Position numbers and translations under genes: made by a program
Source: an uncultured virus (IMG/VR IMGVR_UViG_3300030419_004292)
Taxonomy: Duplodnaviria > Heunggongvirae > Uroviricota > Caudoviricetes
Direction: 5' to 3' (one strand)
Length of the DNA: 64,000 nt
IMG/VR virus record: IMGVR_UViG_3300030419_004292
Shown here: positions 1 through 8,871 of the stretch, piece after piece
Layout: every line of letters begins with the position of its first letter
How positions within the stretch are numbered: the first letter of the stretch is position 1
Notes under the pieces: generated by a model
What the model was told of the DNA's origin: nothing
Databases searched by the model: none
What the model saw: only the letters and a program-made list of their open reading frames with translations

Positions 1-38
1 TCTATGCTGGGCTGGGAACCCGTTGTAACTCTAGAGGG

Positions 39-815
39 GTGGCTATCATGACAAAGTTTCTTTTTGTAATTGCCAATTACCCTGACTGGAGACAAGAGTT
101 TTTTGACAAATATATGTCTCCCAGAAACAAAGAATACAGCCACCACCACGGCTTTGAATACATTGAGTTCCGTGGTGGAGAACCTTTCTACAGAGACCAT
201 CCTACGTGGTGGAAATTTACCAAGCTAACCGACATGATAAAAGACGGCACAGTCAAAGAGGGAGATACCTTTTCTCATATCGACGCCGACATGTGTATAG
301 TTGATGGTAGAATGCCGTTTATGACTAACAAGACCTTCACGTATTCCGTGGACTCCTGCAACACTCACTGCATGGGACTCTATTCCCTGAAGATCAATGA
401 GTGGGCCTTGAAGATGCTCGACCTATTACTTGATGACCAGAGATATGAAGAGTTAAAGGATAAAAAGACTATAGGCTCGATGGGAGAACTTTCGGCTTTC
501 TGGGATATCTTCAGAGAGCAAGCCTCTTGGTACTCTCTTTGCGGTATACAGAGGCATAGCTGGGACTCATTCCTCACCATGCCTCACTATGGTTGGCATT
601 CAGAAATTAATGAATACACCGTTTACGATATACCAGAATTGTATGAGCATGTAGAAGTTCTTCCTCCCAACTGGAATGTAACAGAGATCCCAGAGGAAGA
701 TGGTGGAAATCAGTTTTACATCAATCCAACCAAAAAAGAAGACACTATAGTCAGGCATTTTGCAGCGGGCAGAGCTTGGAGGCCCGACTACTTTGAAAGG
801 CCAATTATACTATAG
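39..815 (+). CDS. Putative glycosyltransferase (GT-A fold, GT34/galactosyltransferase-like)
   Basis: DxD motif (HIDADMCI); 'NKEYSHHHGFEY' and 'PTWWKF' resemble the GT34 N-terminus; late 'EQAS', 'WNVT' and 'IVRHFAAG' motifs; GAGG upstream. Confidence 0.6.
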   Translation: MAIMTKFLFVIANYPDWRQEFFDKYMSPRNKEYSHHHGFEYIEFRGGEPFYRDHPTWWKFTKLTDMIKDGTVKEGDTFSHIDADMCIVDGRMPFMTNKTFTYSVDSCNTHCMGLYSLKINEWALKMLDLLLDDQRYEELKDKKTIGSMGELSAFWDIFREQASWYSLCGIQRHSWDSFLTMPHYGWHSEINEYTVYDIPELYEHVEVLPPNWNVTEIPEEDGGNQFYINPTKKEDTIVRHFAAGRAWRPDYFERPIIL

Positions 816-827
816 AGGAGGATAAAT

Positions 828-1289
828 ATGAATATAGGCGTAATGATGAACGATTTCTCATGCTCGCAACTATCTTTTTATGCGGTGAGAAATATAAATA
901 ACAAATCTAATAAAAGTGCTGAACATTCTTATGTGGGATTTTTTGAAAATCTTTCTAGCAATGTTATCGAACCCGCTTTCTGTATAATGAATATGACCGA
1001 AATATGGGGCTTTAGAGGGGTTCTTGTTGCTACTTCTTCATCCACGGCTCTCACCCTTATAAAATCAGTCACTGCTTCGGATAAGTATTTCTATGTTTGG
1101 GATTTAGAGTGGCTGAGAGATCCCGATAATTACCACACGCTACTTTCAATTTACAGGCATCCTGATATTAAACTAATAGCAAGAAGCAAAACTCACGCCA
1201 AAGCTATAAGGAATTTTTGCAACAGAGATGTTGTGGGTATCATGGATGATTTTAACCTCTCTGATCTAGAGGAGATAATAAATGGCTAA
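828..1289 (+). CDS. Hypothetical protein, possibly glycosyltransferase-related (Rossmann-like)
   Basis: GAGGAGG RBS; 'KYFYVWDLEW' resembles GT-B N-terminal segments; adjacent to a GT gene. Confidence 0.4.
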   Translation: MNIGVMMNDFSCSQLSFYAVRNINNKSNKSAEHSYVGFFENLSSNVIEPAFCIMNMTEIWGFRGVLVATSSSTALTLIKSVTASDKYFYVWDLEWLRDPDNYHTLLSIYRHPDIKLIARSKTHAKAIRNFCNRDVVGIMDDFNLSDLEEIING

Positions 1290-2058
1290 ATCTATAGATG
1301 AAGGCTTTGTTATAAAGCAGTACAGAGAAAATAAGAGTACCTACGAGATCGCTAAAGATCTTGGAACTTACCCAAATAAGATTAGAAGAATACTAATCAA
1401 AAACGGGGAGCAGGTGCGGGATAAGAGCAAGGCTCAAAAGGTTGCTTTAGAAACAGGAAGACACAAGCATCCCACCAAGGGTAAGAACAGAACGGATGAG
1501 GAAAAAATTAAGATCAGTGATGGCATGGCTCTTCACTGGGAAAACATGGATGATGATGAGAAGGAACGTCGTTCATCTCAAGCCAAGAAACAGTGGGAGG
1601 AGATGACAGACGTGGAGAGAGAAAACCTCAGACACGCTGCTGCTCAGGCAGTCAGGGTCGCTAGCAGGGAAGGATCAAAGTCTGAGAAATTTCTGAGAGA
1701 GGGGTTGACTGAGGCGGGCTACGATGTTATATTTCACAAGAAGGGTTTGATACCCAACCAGAATCTCGAAATTGATTTGTTTATTCCCGAATTGAAGACC
1801 GCAATAGAAGTAGATGGACCGGCACACTTTTTTCCTATATGGGGAGAAGCAAACCTAAACCATCACATTAAAGCGGATGCTGAAAAGAACGGGCTTTTAC
1901 TCGCCATGGGATATGTGGTGATTAGAGTTAAGCATCTAACTAAAAATGTTTCTAACAAAACTCAGAGAAACTTATTGTCCGCTGTTCTAGAGCAGCTATC
2001 TAAAATTAAAGATAGGTTTCCGTCGAAATCAAAAAGATTTATTGAATTGGAGATTTAG
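1282..2058 (+). CDS. HTH + NUMOD3-like + Vsr/DUF559-like endonuclease (homing-endonuclease-like)
   Basis: N-terminal HTH (STYEIAKDLGTYPNKIRRIL), NUMOD3-like 'KGKNRTDEEKIKIS', C-terminal 'EIDLFIPELKTAIEVDGPAHF' EDxH-type nuclease motif. Confidence 0.65.
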   Translation: MAKSIDEGFVIKQYRENKSTYEIAKDLGTYPNKIRRILIKNGEQVRDKSKAQKVALETGRHKHPTKGKNRTDEEKIKISDGMALHWENMDDDEKERRSSQAKKQWEEMTDVERENLRHAAAQAVRVASREGSKSEKFLREGLTEAGYDVIFHKKGLIPNQNLEIDLFIPELKTAIEVDGPAHFFPIWGEANLNHHIKADAEKNGLLLAMGYVVIRVKHLTKNVSNKTQRNLLSAVLEQLSKIKDRFPSKSKRFIELEI

Positions 2059-2838
2059 ATGTCCACAGAAGAATTGGAAACGGCAGGAATAGATATAGAG
2101 GATTTTGTTTTGTCAGAAGAAACCGAAAACGTAGAAGAGCAGGAAGAATCAGAATCTCCTTCCATGCTGTCTTCGGAGTGGAATGATTATGTCATGTCTC
2201 ATTTTGATGAGTCTGAACTAATCAACGGCAACCCTATTTGCGCTGGACTTAGACGTGTTTCCGAGTTGCTTCTCGGCTCAATCATAGAAAGTGGTCCGCA
2301 CGAAGTTCATCCTGCCACCGACTCCAATGGTCCCGGTAGAGCAACCGTTGTCTACAGGGTGGTTTTTGACTGGATGAATAGCGGTCAAATCAAAGTGTTT
2401 TCAGAAGTGGCAGACGTGTGGCACGGCAATACAGATGACCTATTTTGCGCCCATCCAGTAGCAACTGCAAGCACGAGAGCAGAAGGCAGAGCTTTAAGAA
2501 AGGCTCTCAAGCTAAGAAAGCTGGCAGCGGAAGAGCTTTCTAAGAAAGATATTGTTTCTATTGTGCAACAAACCACTCCGTCTAAACCTACTGACGGAGA
2601 CTGGAATCCAGAAGAAAAGATTAGTGTTCAGCAAGTTAGCTTCATAGATAATAAATGTCGCCAGCTAGACATTAACGTTTTGTCCTTTATCAATAGCGGA
2701 GATCAGAGATATGGTTCTATTCAGGATATAACCAAGGAAAAAGCTTCTTCCATGCTGATTATTTTAAATAAGTATCAGAATGGAAATATGGAAATCCCAG
2801 AAGATATTAAAGTTTACGACGAGAATTGGAGAAACTAA
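2059..2838 (+). CDS. Putative single-strand annealing recombinase (Rad52/Sak-like)
   Basis: 'ATASTRAEGRALRKAL' matches the conserved A-x-T-x-A-x-GRAL helix of Rad52/Sak-type SSAPs; C-terminal small helical domain. Confidence 0.5.
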   Translation: MSTEELETAGIDIEDFVLSEETENVEEQEESESPSMLSSEWNDYVMSHFDESELINGNPICAGLRRVSELLLGSIIESGPHEVHPATDSNGPGRATVVYRVVFDWMNSGQIKVFSEVADVWHGNTDDLFCAHPVATASTRAEGRALRKALKLRKLAAEELSKKDIVSIVQQTTPSKPTDGDWNPEEKISVQQVSFIDNKCRQLDINVLSFINSGDQRYGSIQDITKEKASSMLIILNKYQNGNMEIPEDIKVYDENWRN

Positions 2839-3173
2839 TGAAGGTTACTTACACAACTAACGGCGGAAGATTGTCAGCAGAATTTGAAGCGGACTCTCCC
2901 AGAGATCTGTTTTCCCAGATAGGAACTTTCCAAGAAGTCTTTGAGAATTCTGTCTGCGGCAAGTGCGGAAGCGAAAATCTGAGATTTGTTGTTCGCACGG
3001 TAGATGAAAATCAATACTATGAAATTAGATGTTCAGATTGTGGAGCAAGGTTGGAGTTTGGCTCCATGAAGAAGGGCGGGGGACTATTCCCCAAGAGGAA
3101 GGACAAGGAAGGCAACTGGCTTCCTGATGGCGGATGGGTCAAATGGAACCCGAAGACTAAGAGCGTAGAATAA
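2838..3173 (+). CDS. Zn-ribbon hypothetical protein
   Basis: CGKC...CSDC pairs; ATG at 2838 overlaps the upstream stop (TAATG), preferred to the TTG at 2826. Confidence 0.6.
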   Translation: MKVTYTTNGGRLSAEFEADSPRDLFSQIGTFQEVFENSVCGKCGSENLRFVVRTVDENQYYEIRCSDCGARLEFGSMKKGGGLFPKRKDKEGNWLPDGGWVKWNPKTKSVE

Positions 3174-3192
3174 ACACTGCGCTATATAGTTA

Positions 3193-3235
3193 AAAGAAAA
3201 GACCCGGTAGCATTTAGCCGCCGGGTCTTTTTTTT
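3193..3235. terminator. Bidirectional intrinsic terminator between convergent operons
   Basis: AAAAGACCCGG (3197-3207) / CCGGGTCTTTT (3221-3231) inverted repeat with an A-tract on the left and a T8 tract on the right. Confidence 0.85.
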
Positions 3236-3253
3236 ATATGGACAGTATAAATC

Positions 3254-4036
3254 TTATAGATATTCTAGAGAGAAGTAAAGTCCATACTTAGTCTTTGAAC
3301 CAATAGAAGTTGGCGATGCGGAAAGAGATACGAACCAGTCGTGTCTCATATCTACACCAGTTCCGCCAAACATCTTGTTGGTAACTCGCGAGTTCTTTCC
3401 AGCGAAAGTAGCGTCATCACCGATTAGTCTGCCGCCACTGCCGGGGTTATCCATCAAAGGAACGATAATACCAGTGCCGCCGACTGTTTCGAGCGTACCA
3501 CCAGCGGTCGCATTAATGCGAGCATCTCCGTTGGCCCCACCGACGAACACCACACCATTCTTATTTGTGTAGGTATATCTTTCGTCGTCGCCCCACCAAA
3601 GGGCATCGCCAGAACCAGCATTCGTAGTTGGATACGTGCTAACAGGGTTAGACATTTCCGCGATCATGGTTCTAACACCACTAGCGGGATAGTTGATATT
3701 CTCTCTGTCATACACACGAAGCTGTGCATTCTGAACGTTTACAGCGCTCGTATGATCAAATCTAATATTCAGAGTGGATCTACTACTTGGGACATGCAGA
3801 AGCCCACTGGTAGTCGGGTTACCACCATAAATACCACTATGAGAGTTTACGTATTTGATATTATCGGCATCTTGTGCCTGTGTAGTTCCATCAGCATTGG
3901 TTACAAAGGTAGTGTCTTGGAATGAACCAATTTGTACAGACGAACCGAATGTAGAACCATAGAATCCTAAGCCTGACCCCTGTAGGTGAGCAATGGATTC
4001 GCTGCCTTCACCGGCTAAAAATGTAATTGTAGCCAT
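3254..4036 (-). CDS. Hypothetical protein, probably virion structural (beta-rich)
   Basis: AGGAGG RBS, its own copy of the GGTGTA motif upstream, Gly/Ser/Thr-rich, starts MATITF. Confidence 0.55.
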   Translation of the reverse strand: MATITFLAGEGSESIAHLQGSGLGFYGSTFGSSVQIGSFQDTTFVTNADGTTQAQDADNIKYVNSHSGIYGGNPTTSGLLHVPSSRSTLNIRFDHTSAVNVQNAQLRVYDRENINYPASGVRTMIAEMSNPVSTYPTTNAGSGDALWWGDDERYTYTNKNGVVFVGGANGDARINATAGGTLETVGGTGIIVPLMDNPGSGGRLIGDDATFAGKNSRVTNKMFGGTGVDMRHDWFVSLSASPTSIGSKTKYGLYFSLEYL

Positions 4037-4050
4037 AAGTATTACCTCCT

Positions 4051-4070
4051 TAAAGTAATATACACCAATT
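4051..4070 (-). promoter_or_regulatory. Candidate phage late-promoter motif GGTGTATATTACTTTA
   Basis: Intergenic; the same core recurs upstream of four other structural genes. Confidence 0.6.
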
Positions 4071-4093
4071 TTGTTATTAAGGTTATATTTTCG

Positions 4094-4525
4094 CTATTTT
4101 TTTCCGCATCCACCACACCCACCTGATGGTCTATCCGTCCACATATCCCACTTATCTATAGGGCATTTCTCACTGGCCCAACCAGCCTTTATATTAATGA
4201 AACACCCGCACTCGTTGCATCTTGTAGTCTCTGAATTATAATGCTCACATCCCTGACATATACTAATCCTTTCTTCCTTAACATTAGCAGGAACTGATTG
4301 AAAAGAATTCATTGCGTGATTCACAACGGAAGCCCCAGCGTTCTTTGCCATCTGCAAAAAAGAGGGCGTTCCACTATTATTTTCCTTCGGCATATTTTTC
4401 TCTAGTTCTGGATCATAGTTACATTCCGTTGAAAACATTTCTGGCCCATAGGTGCTTTCTATGGTAAGCCCACAGTTTTTACACTGATAAGTATTTTCTT
4501 TTACTTGTTTAAATTCGCAGTTCAT
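4094..4525 (-). CDS. Small Cys-rich protein (DUF6171-like C-terminal domain)
   Basis: 'ERISICQGCEHY...RCNECGCFINIKA...EKCPIDKW' pattern; N-terminal CKNC; C-terminal GGCGGC. Confidence 0.65.
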   Translation of the reverse strand: MNCEFKQVKENTYQCKNCGLTIESTYGPEMFSTECNYDPELEKNMPKENNSGTPSFLQMAKNAGASVVNHAMNSFQSVPANVKEERISICQGCEHYNSETTRCNECGCFINIKAGWASEKCPIDKWDMWTDRPSGGCGGCGKK

Positions 4526-7500
4526 ATTGTAACCGTTATAGTTTCAGGTAAACAAGAGAATGAAACACCCTTCATAGTACATGGACAATCATGGGGCCAC
4601 GAATTCGGATGAGTTGTGAATTTTCTACATCTTGGTTCCATAATATTGGTAAAAGGATTAAGATACATACACCAGTCTCCTCCTTCAAATTTATCTGGAC
4701 ACGGAGGAACCCCTCCGATATTTGCAGAATACTCACGACCCTCTCTACACCAATCTCTAAATTCTCGGCTATAAATAATATCGGTTTCTCCAGCCGGTCC
4801 TTTTTCCGACTGTATCAATTTTATAACACCGTATGGCAAAGCTGTAAGAAAACCTCCAGAAATATCCACTATTATTTTTCCATCATGGCCAGCAGAGGAC
4901 TCAACAACCGTTTTAAAGTTTCTAAAAGTATTGGGGTTTATCGCTCCGTCAGTTCCCGCTGGCCCCAGAGCTAGATCCCAATTAAATTCCAATAGATTTG
5001 GGTCTGCGGAACCGTCTATTTTTAATGTGTATGTTCTTTCGGTTCCGTCAGTAGAAGTCAATTTGATTGTTGCGTTGTTAAATGTGTCTACACGATCTGG
5101 ATCTATACCCTGTCCCCTATTCAGATTAAATAGGGCGAATGCGTAGTTTTCATGATCCCAAGAACAAGGATCGCAAACGTGTATACCATGTGTGGGCCAG
5201 CCTAATTCTCCTCTATCTTTTTTTGGAAGGGTTATTTCCCCAGAGCACGCCCAATCCCATACAGGAGATCCATCTATATCATAATCATATAATTCATAAA
5301 CCTCTATCGGACTTCCTCCATGATACAACGTAAGGATCAACCCGGCTGTTCCAGCAATACCGACACCACCCACGCCAGTTAAAGACCATTTACGGAGATA
5401 AACATAGTCTATGAAAGAGTTTGGAAATTCAGCCCCCCATGCGCATTCTCCCTCTACGGGAGATAACGTAAACGTACCACCGAGAGGCTTTTTATCTTCT
5501 GTCCGTTCTCCGTTAAGATGGTTAATCCCCCAACAATCACTAGAAGAATTTATCGTAAAACTGGCATCAGATAAAGGTACATCACATCCATAGCAACACG
5601 GGCAGCGAGATATGTTAGTGAGTGGAGCACCAACAAAAAAGCCAAAACCATCTGGAGAATTCAGAGGATGTTGTCTTAACCTATCCTCGTCCAATTCAAT
5701 TCGGTCCAGTCGATATTCAGCAGCGCTACATGAAGAACTTCGGTGGTAGTAGCCATATCTCTCACCCGTTCGTCTACACGAATACGGTCCTGCTTTCTTT
5801 AAACCTTGCCAGCCGCTCGCGGCCCCCACAGCCGAGCCAAGAGTAGGATGATCATGCGCAACCCAACAGGGTGCAGGCATCCAAGGTGGACAGTCAAAGA
5901 AGCTTGCTGGATTGTCTCCATTAAAAATGGTCGATATGTAAACAGGTTCTCTTTCTGGACAATCCGGCTCAACATAAAATTCCTCGCATGAATACCCTGT
6001 TAATCTATACGCCACTACATCCAACCATCTAGTGTGGCCACCAAAGGGGTATTCTACCGTGTAGTTTGGAACGTCACAATCTCCACCAAGAGTAGTGTAT
6101 TGTCCTGACTGTTCAACGCTGTCAAGAATTGCCATAAGCCCATTAGTAATCTCATCTCCAATACCACAGACTTGGGTAATAATAGGAGCGTGACCAGCAT
6201 GAGGGAAACCAGAACTCCCGGCGAAAGTCGCGGGAGTCCAACGCCCATTTAAGCATACATATTGCCAATAATTTTCTATATATTCACATAAGGCGGGGTC
6301 GTCGGGATCATCGTAGTTCCCCGGCCTCTTACCGTTCATTCCAGCGATGTCAGTATCAATCAAGAATTTAAAATCATCAGGAATCCAAGTTCCACCACTC
6401 GTAAGACTCTGCCAAGCCGCCTCAATATCAGCGGCAGTCACGCGAGAACAACCCGCTTGAAACGTACCCAACTTGTTAGCTTCTTTTGGATAACATTCCA
6501 AACACAAATTTTCATAACAACGAGGGTGACATTCGGCTGGAGTCTCGCAGGACGGCCTCAACCCCCTCCAATTCCTCGGAAACTCACAACAGCATTGACA
6601 GCCCGGTCCTCCGGGCGGAAAACCCCAACATTCTGGATCTTGCCCCGCGACCTGTCGTATCGTGGGACAATTAGCAACACCGGGAACAGCCCAACTCGCC
6701 GGTCTGCAACAGGGGTCTTTATTCCAGCCATACATATCAGGGTCATGGTCTACTTCTGGACAGTTATCAAGCTCCATTAACCCCATGGGAAGACTACCGC
6801 CGCCACCACCACCTCCAGTTATACCGTTTATTCCAGCCGGAATGCCGTGACAACTACATTGCGCTCCGAAACCGCCATACACAACGGCATTCCGGTCGTA
6901 TCGCAAAGCATGACAGAGCGCCCCGTGATTATAGCACTCTCCATTACACCAAGACCCAGTAGTATAAGGAACAGCTAAGTTTTCGCTACCTTTAGTTTTG
7001 ATAACCTGAATTCTGACTTCCAAATGAGGATTTTTATCTATAAAATTTTGTATGTTGGCGGCGTCCGCATCAAACAAACACGAGCCTGTATTCCAAGTTC
7101 CTCCAATCTGGCTATCTGGGCAGCCATATTCATAATCACTGTCTATAAGAATTAAAAATCCAATCTTTTTGACACACCCTGCGGAGGGACAAACTTTTAC
7201 ATCGTTCGGAAGAGTGATATGGCTGGTATCCGAAAGTATGGCACCCGTCCGACTTCTCAAAGAAAAAACATTACAACCAAAGCAATCGAAGTCCCCATTT
7301 AACCCGTATTCATATAGCTCATAATTATTTACTCCATAGTTTGTAATAACAGGAGGATCGCCGGGATTTGCCCCTTCTTCTCCTTGTGCGCCAGCACATA
7401 TACAGAAAGGATCTGTAGCTTGACAATCTGATACCGCAGTCCCCCCTATGTTTTTAATCCAAGGCCAAATTCCGGTCACTGGGTCTGGCCCTTTCAGTAG

Positions 7501-8871
7501 TGTCGTTTCTTTCATGGTTGGAACTGACACAAAAAGCCTAGGAGCGGGACCAGCACAACAGTGTCCCATTCCCCCTACAATTTCGTCTGCTCCCCCGTCG
7601 CCAAATTCAAAACCAGTATTTCCATCGTATACAGTTACAGCCTGATTGCCATTTTGTCTAAAAGTTTTATTTGCAGTTACACAGAAAGTGCAAAGATTAT
7701 CTGGCCAAACCACAGAGGATGGATTGCAATCCGCTGGATCATCAAAACTGCCCAACGACGGCCTGTCAACTAACCATTTTTTTGGGTATACACCGCCCGG
7801 AGCGTGTCCACAGCAAGTTTCTTCTACTTCTTTTATTGCCTCTCTTATCAGATCTCTTAATTGAGAACAATTTTTTACAATCTCAGCGCTCTCAGGAAAC
7901 CCTTCAAACTCGCTCATCAATGGAATTTTTATACCCCCAGAAGATCCTGATGGATCTGGATCTGGACCACCGACTTCAATTATGTTTCCTTCGCCATCTT
8001 TTTTAACTTTTATAAACCAAACATGAAATTTATCACCAACATCATCAGTAATCCAAAAATATTTTCCATCAAGCTGGTCTGCAATAAGACTAAGACCGTC
8101 ACTATTAATACATTGATCTATGGTTCCGTCAGGGACATTAAGATCCCATGAACTTGGAGTAACATTACTTCCAGCAGGACAAACAGGACTAACATTTACA
8201 TATTGTTCAAATTCATCTCCACACTCCATGGTAAAAGGATCATAATTTATTGACCCAAAAATATTACCGTTCAAGCTGTGATTCTTCCACGTACCTCTAT
8301 GACTGTTGTTATAGCATGGGGAACATGGCCAACCACTAACCCATCCCGAGACAGTTCCTGTTATATCAACAGAAAAATTCTCCCCAGCGCAATTCATATC
8401 CTCCCTAATTCCTCTTTTAAGATGCCCAATATTATTTGGGTCATGATCCAAACAAAGTTCTTCTAATTCTAACCAAGCCGAAATAGCGCCGTTGGATTCA
8501 CCAAAAGCCGCCCGCTCGTCCGGTGTGCGGTACGGCCCGGACAGACATTTGTTAGGAAGGGAGTCTCCAGCAAAGGCACAATTGCAATAATGATTCCTGA
8601 GTGGAGTGTGAATCCAACCCGCATCACTCCCTTGAGCTTTCCGAGACATCACTATTGGATAATACCCTAGACTTTTAAAGCCGGGACAAGGATACTGCTC
8701 TGGGTACAGATGGCCGGGTGGCGCTGTAACAGGAGGAACATCGTTTACAGTGAGACCAGCCAAACACAAGGTGTATGTGCCTTCACTGGGGCATTTTTGA
8801 CAGAAACAGGCGGATGATAATCTAGCATCATTTACTGGACTTTCTGGACCGCAACAGCACGAATAGGTCAT
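4522..8871 (-). CDS. Very large Cys-rich protein, probable tail-tip/host-recognition protein
   Basis: 1449 aa; about 80 Cys by manual count; translationally coupled to the upstream tail protein; last large gene of the tail module. Confidence 0.55.
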   Translation of the reverse strand: MTYSCCCGPESPVNDARLSSACFCQKCPSEGTYTLCLAGLTVNDVPPVTAPPGHLYPEQYPCPGFKSLGYYPIVMSRKAQGSDAGWIHTPLRNHYCNCAFAGDSLPNKCLSGPYRTPDERAAFGESNGAISAWLELEELCLDHDPNNIGHLKRGIREDMNCAGENFSVDITGTVSGWVSGWPCSPCYNNSHRGTWKNHSLNGNIFGSINYDPFTMECGDEFEQYVNVSPVCPAGSNVTPSSWDLNVPDGTIDQCINSDGLSLIADQLDGKYFWITDDVGDKFHVWFIKVKKDGEGNIIEVGGPDPDPSGSSGGIKIPLMSEFEGFPESAEIVKNCSQLRDLIREAIKEVEETCCGHAPGGVYPKKWLVDRPSLGSFDDPADCNPSSVVWPDNLCTFCVTANKTFRQNGNQAVTVYDGNTGFEFGDGGADEIVGGMGHCCAGPAPRLFVSVPTMKETTLLKGPDPVTGIWPWIKNIGGTAVSDCQATDPFCICAGAQGEEGANPGDPPVITNYGVNNYELYEYGLNGDFDCFGCNVFSLRSRTGAILSDTSHITLPNDVKVCPSAGCVKKIGFLILIDSDYEYGCPDSQIGGTWNTGSCLFDADAANIQNFIDKNPHLEVRIQVIKTKGSENLAVPYTTGSWCNGECYNHGALCHALRYDRNAVVYGGFGAQCSCHGIPAGINGITGGGGGGGSLPMGLMELDNCPEVDHDPDMYGWNKDPCCRPASWAVPGVANCPTIRQVAGQDPECWGFPPGGPGCQCCCEFPRNWRGLRPSCETPAECHPRCYENLCLECYPKEANKLGTFQAGCSRVTAADIEAAWQSLTSGGTWIPDDFKFLIDTDIAGMNGKRPGNYDDPDDPALCEYIENYWQYVCLNGRWTPATFAGSSGFPHAGHAPIITQVCGIGDEITNGLMAILDSVEQSGQYTTLGGDCDVPNYTVEYPFGGHTRWLDVVAYRLTGYSCEEFYVEPDCPEREPVYISTIFNGDNPASFFDCPPWMPAPCWVAHDHPTLGSAVGAASGWQGLKKAGPYSCRRTGERYGYYHRSSSCSAAEYRLDRIELDEDRLRQHPLNSPDGFGFFVGAPLTNISRCPCCYGCDVPLSDASFTINSSSDCWGINHLNGERTEDKKPLGGTFTLSPVEGECAWGAEFPNSFIDYVYLRKWSLTGVGGVGIAGTAGLILTLYHGGSPIEVYELYDYDIDGSPVWDWACSGEITLPKKDRGELGWPTHGIHVCDPCSWDHENYAFALFNLNRGQGIDPDRVDTFNNATIKLTSTDGTERTYTLKIDGSADPNLLEFNWDLALGPAGTDGAINPNTFRNFKTVVESSAGHDGKIIVDISGGFLTALPYGVIKLIQSEKGPAGETDIIYSREFRDWCREGREYSANIGGVPPCPDKFEGGDWCMYLNPFTNIMEPRCRKFTTHPNSWPHDCPCTMKGVSFSCLPETITVTI

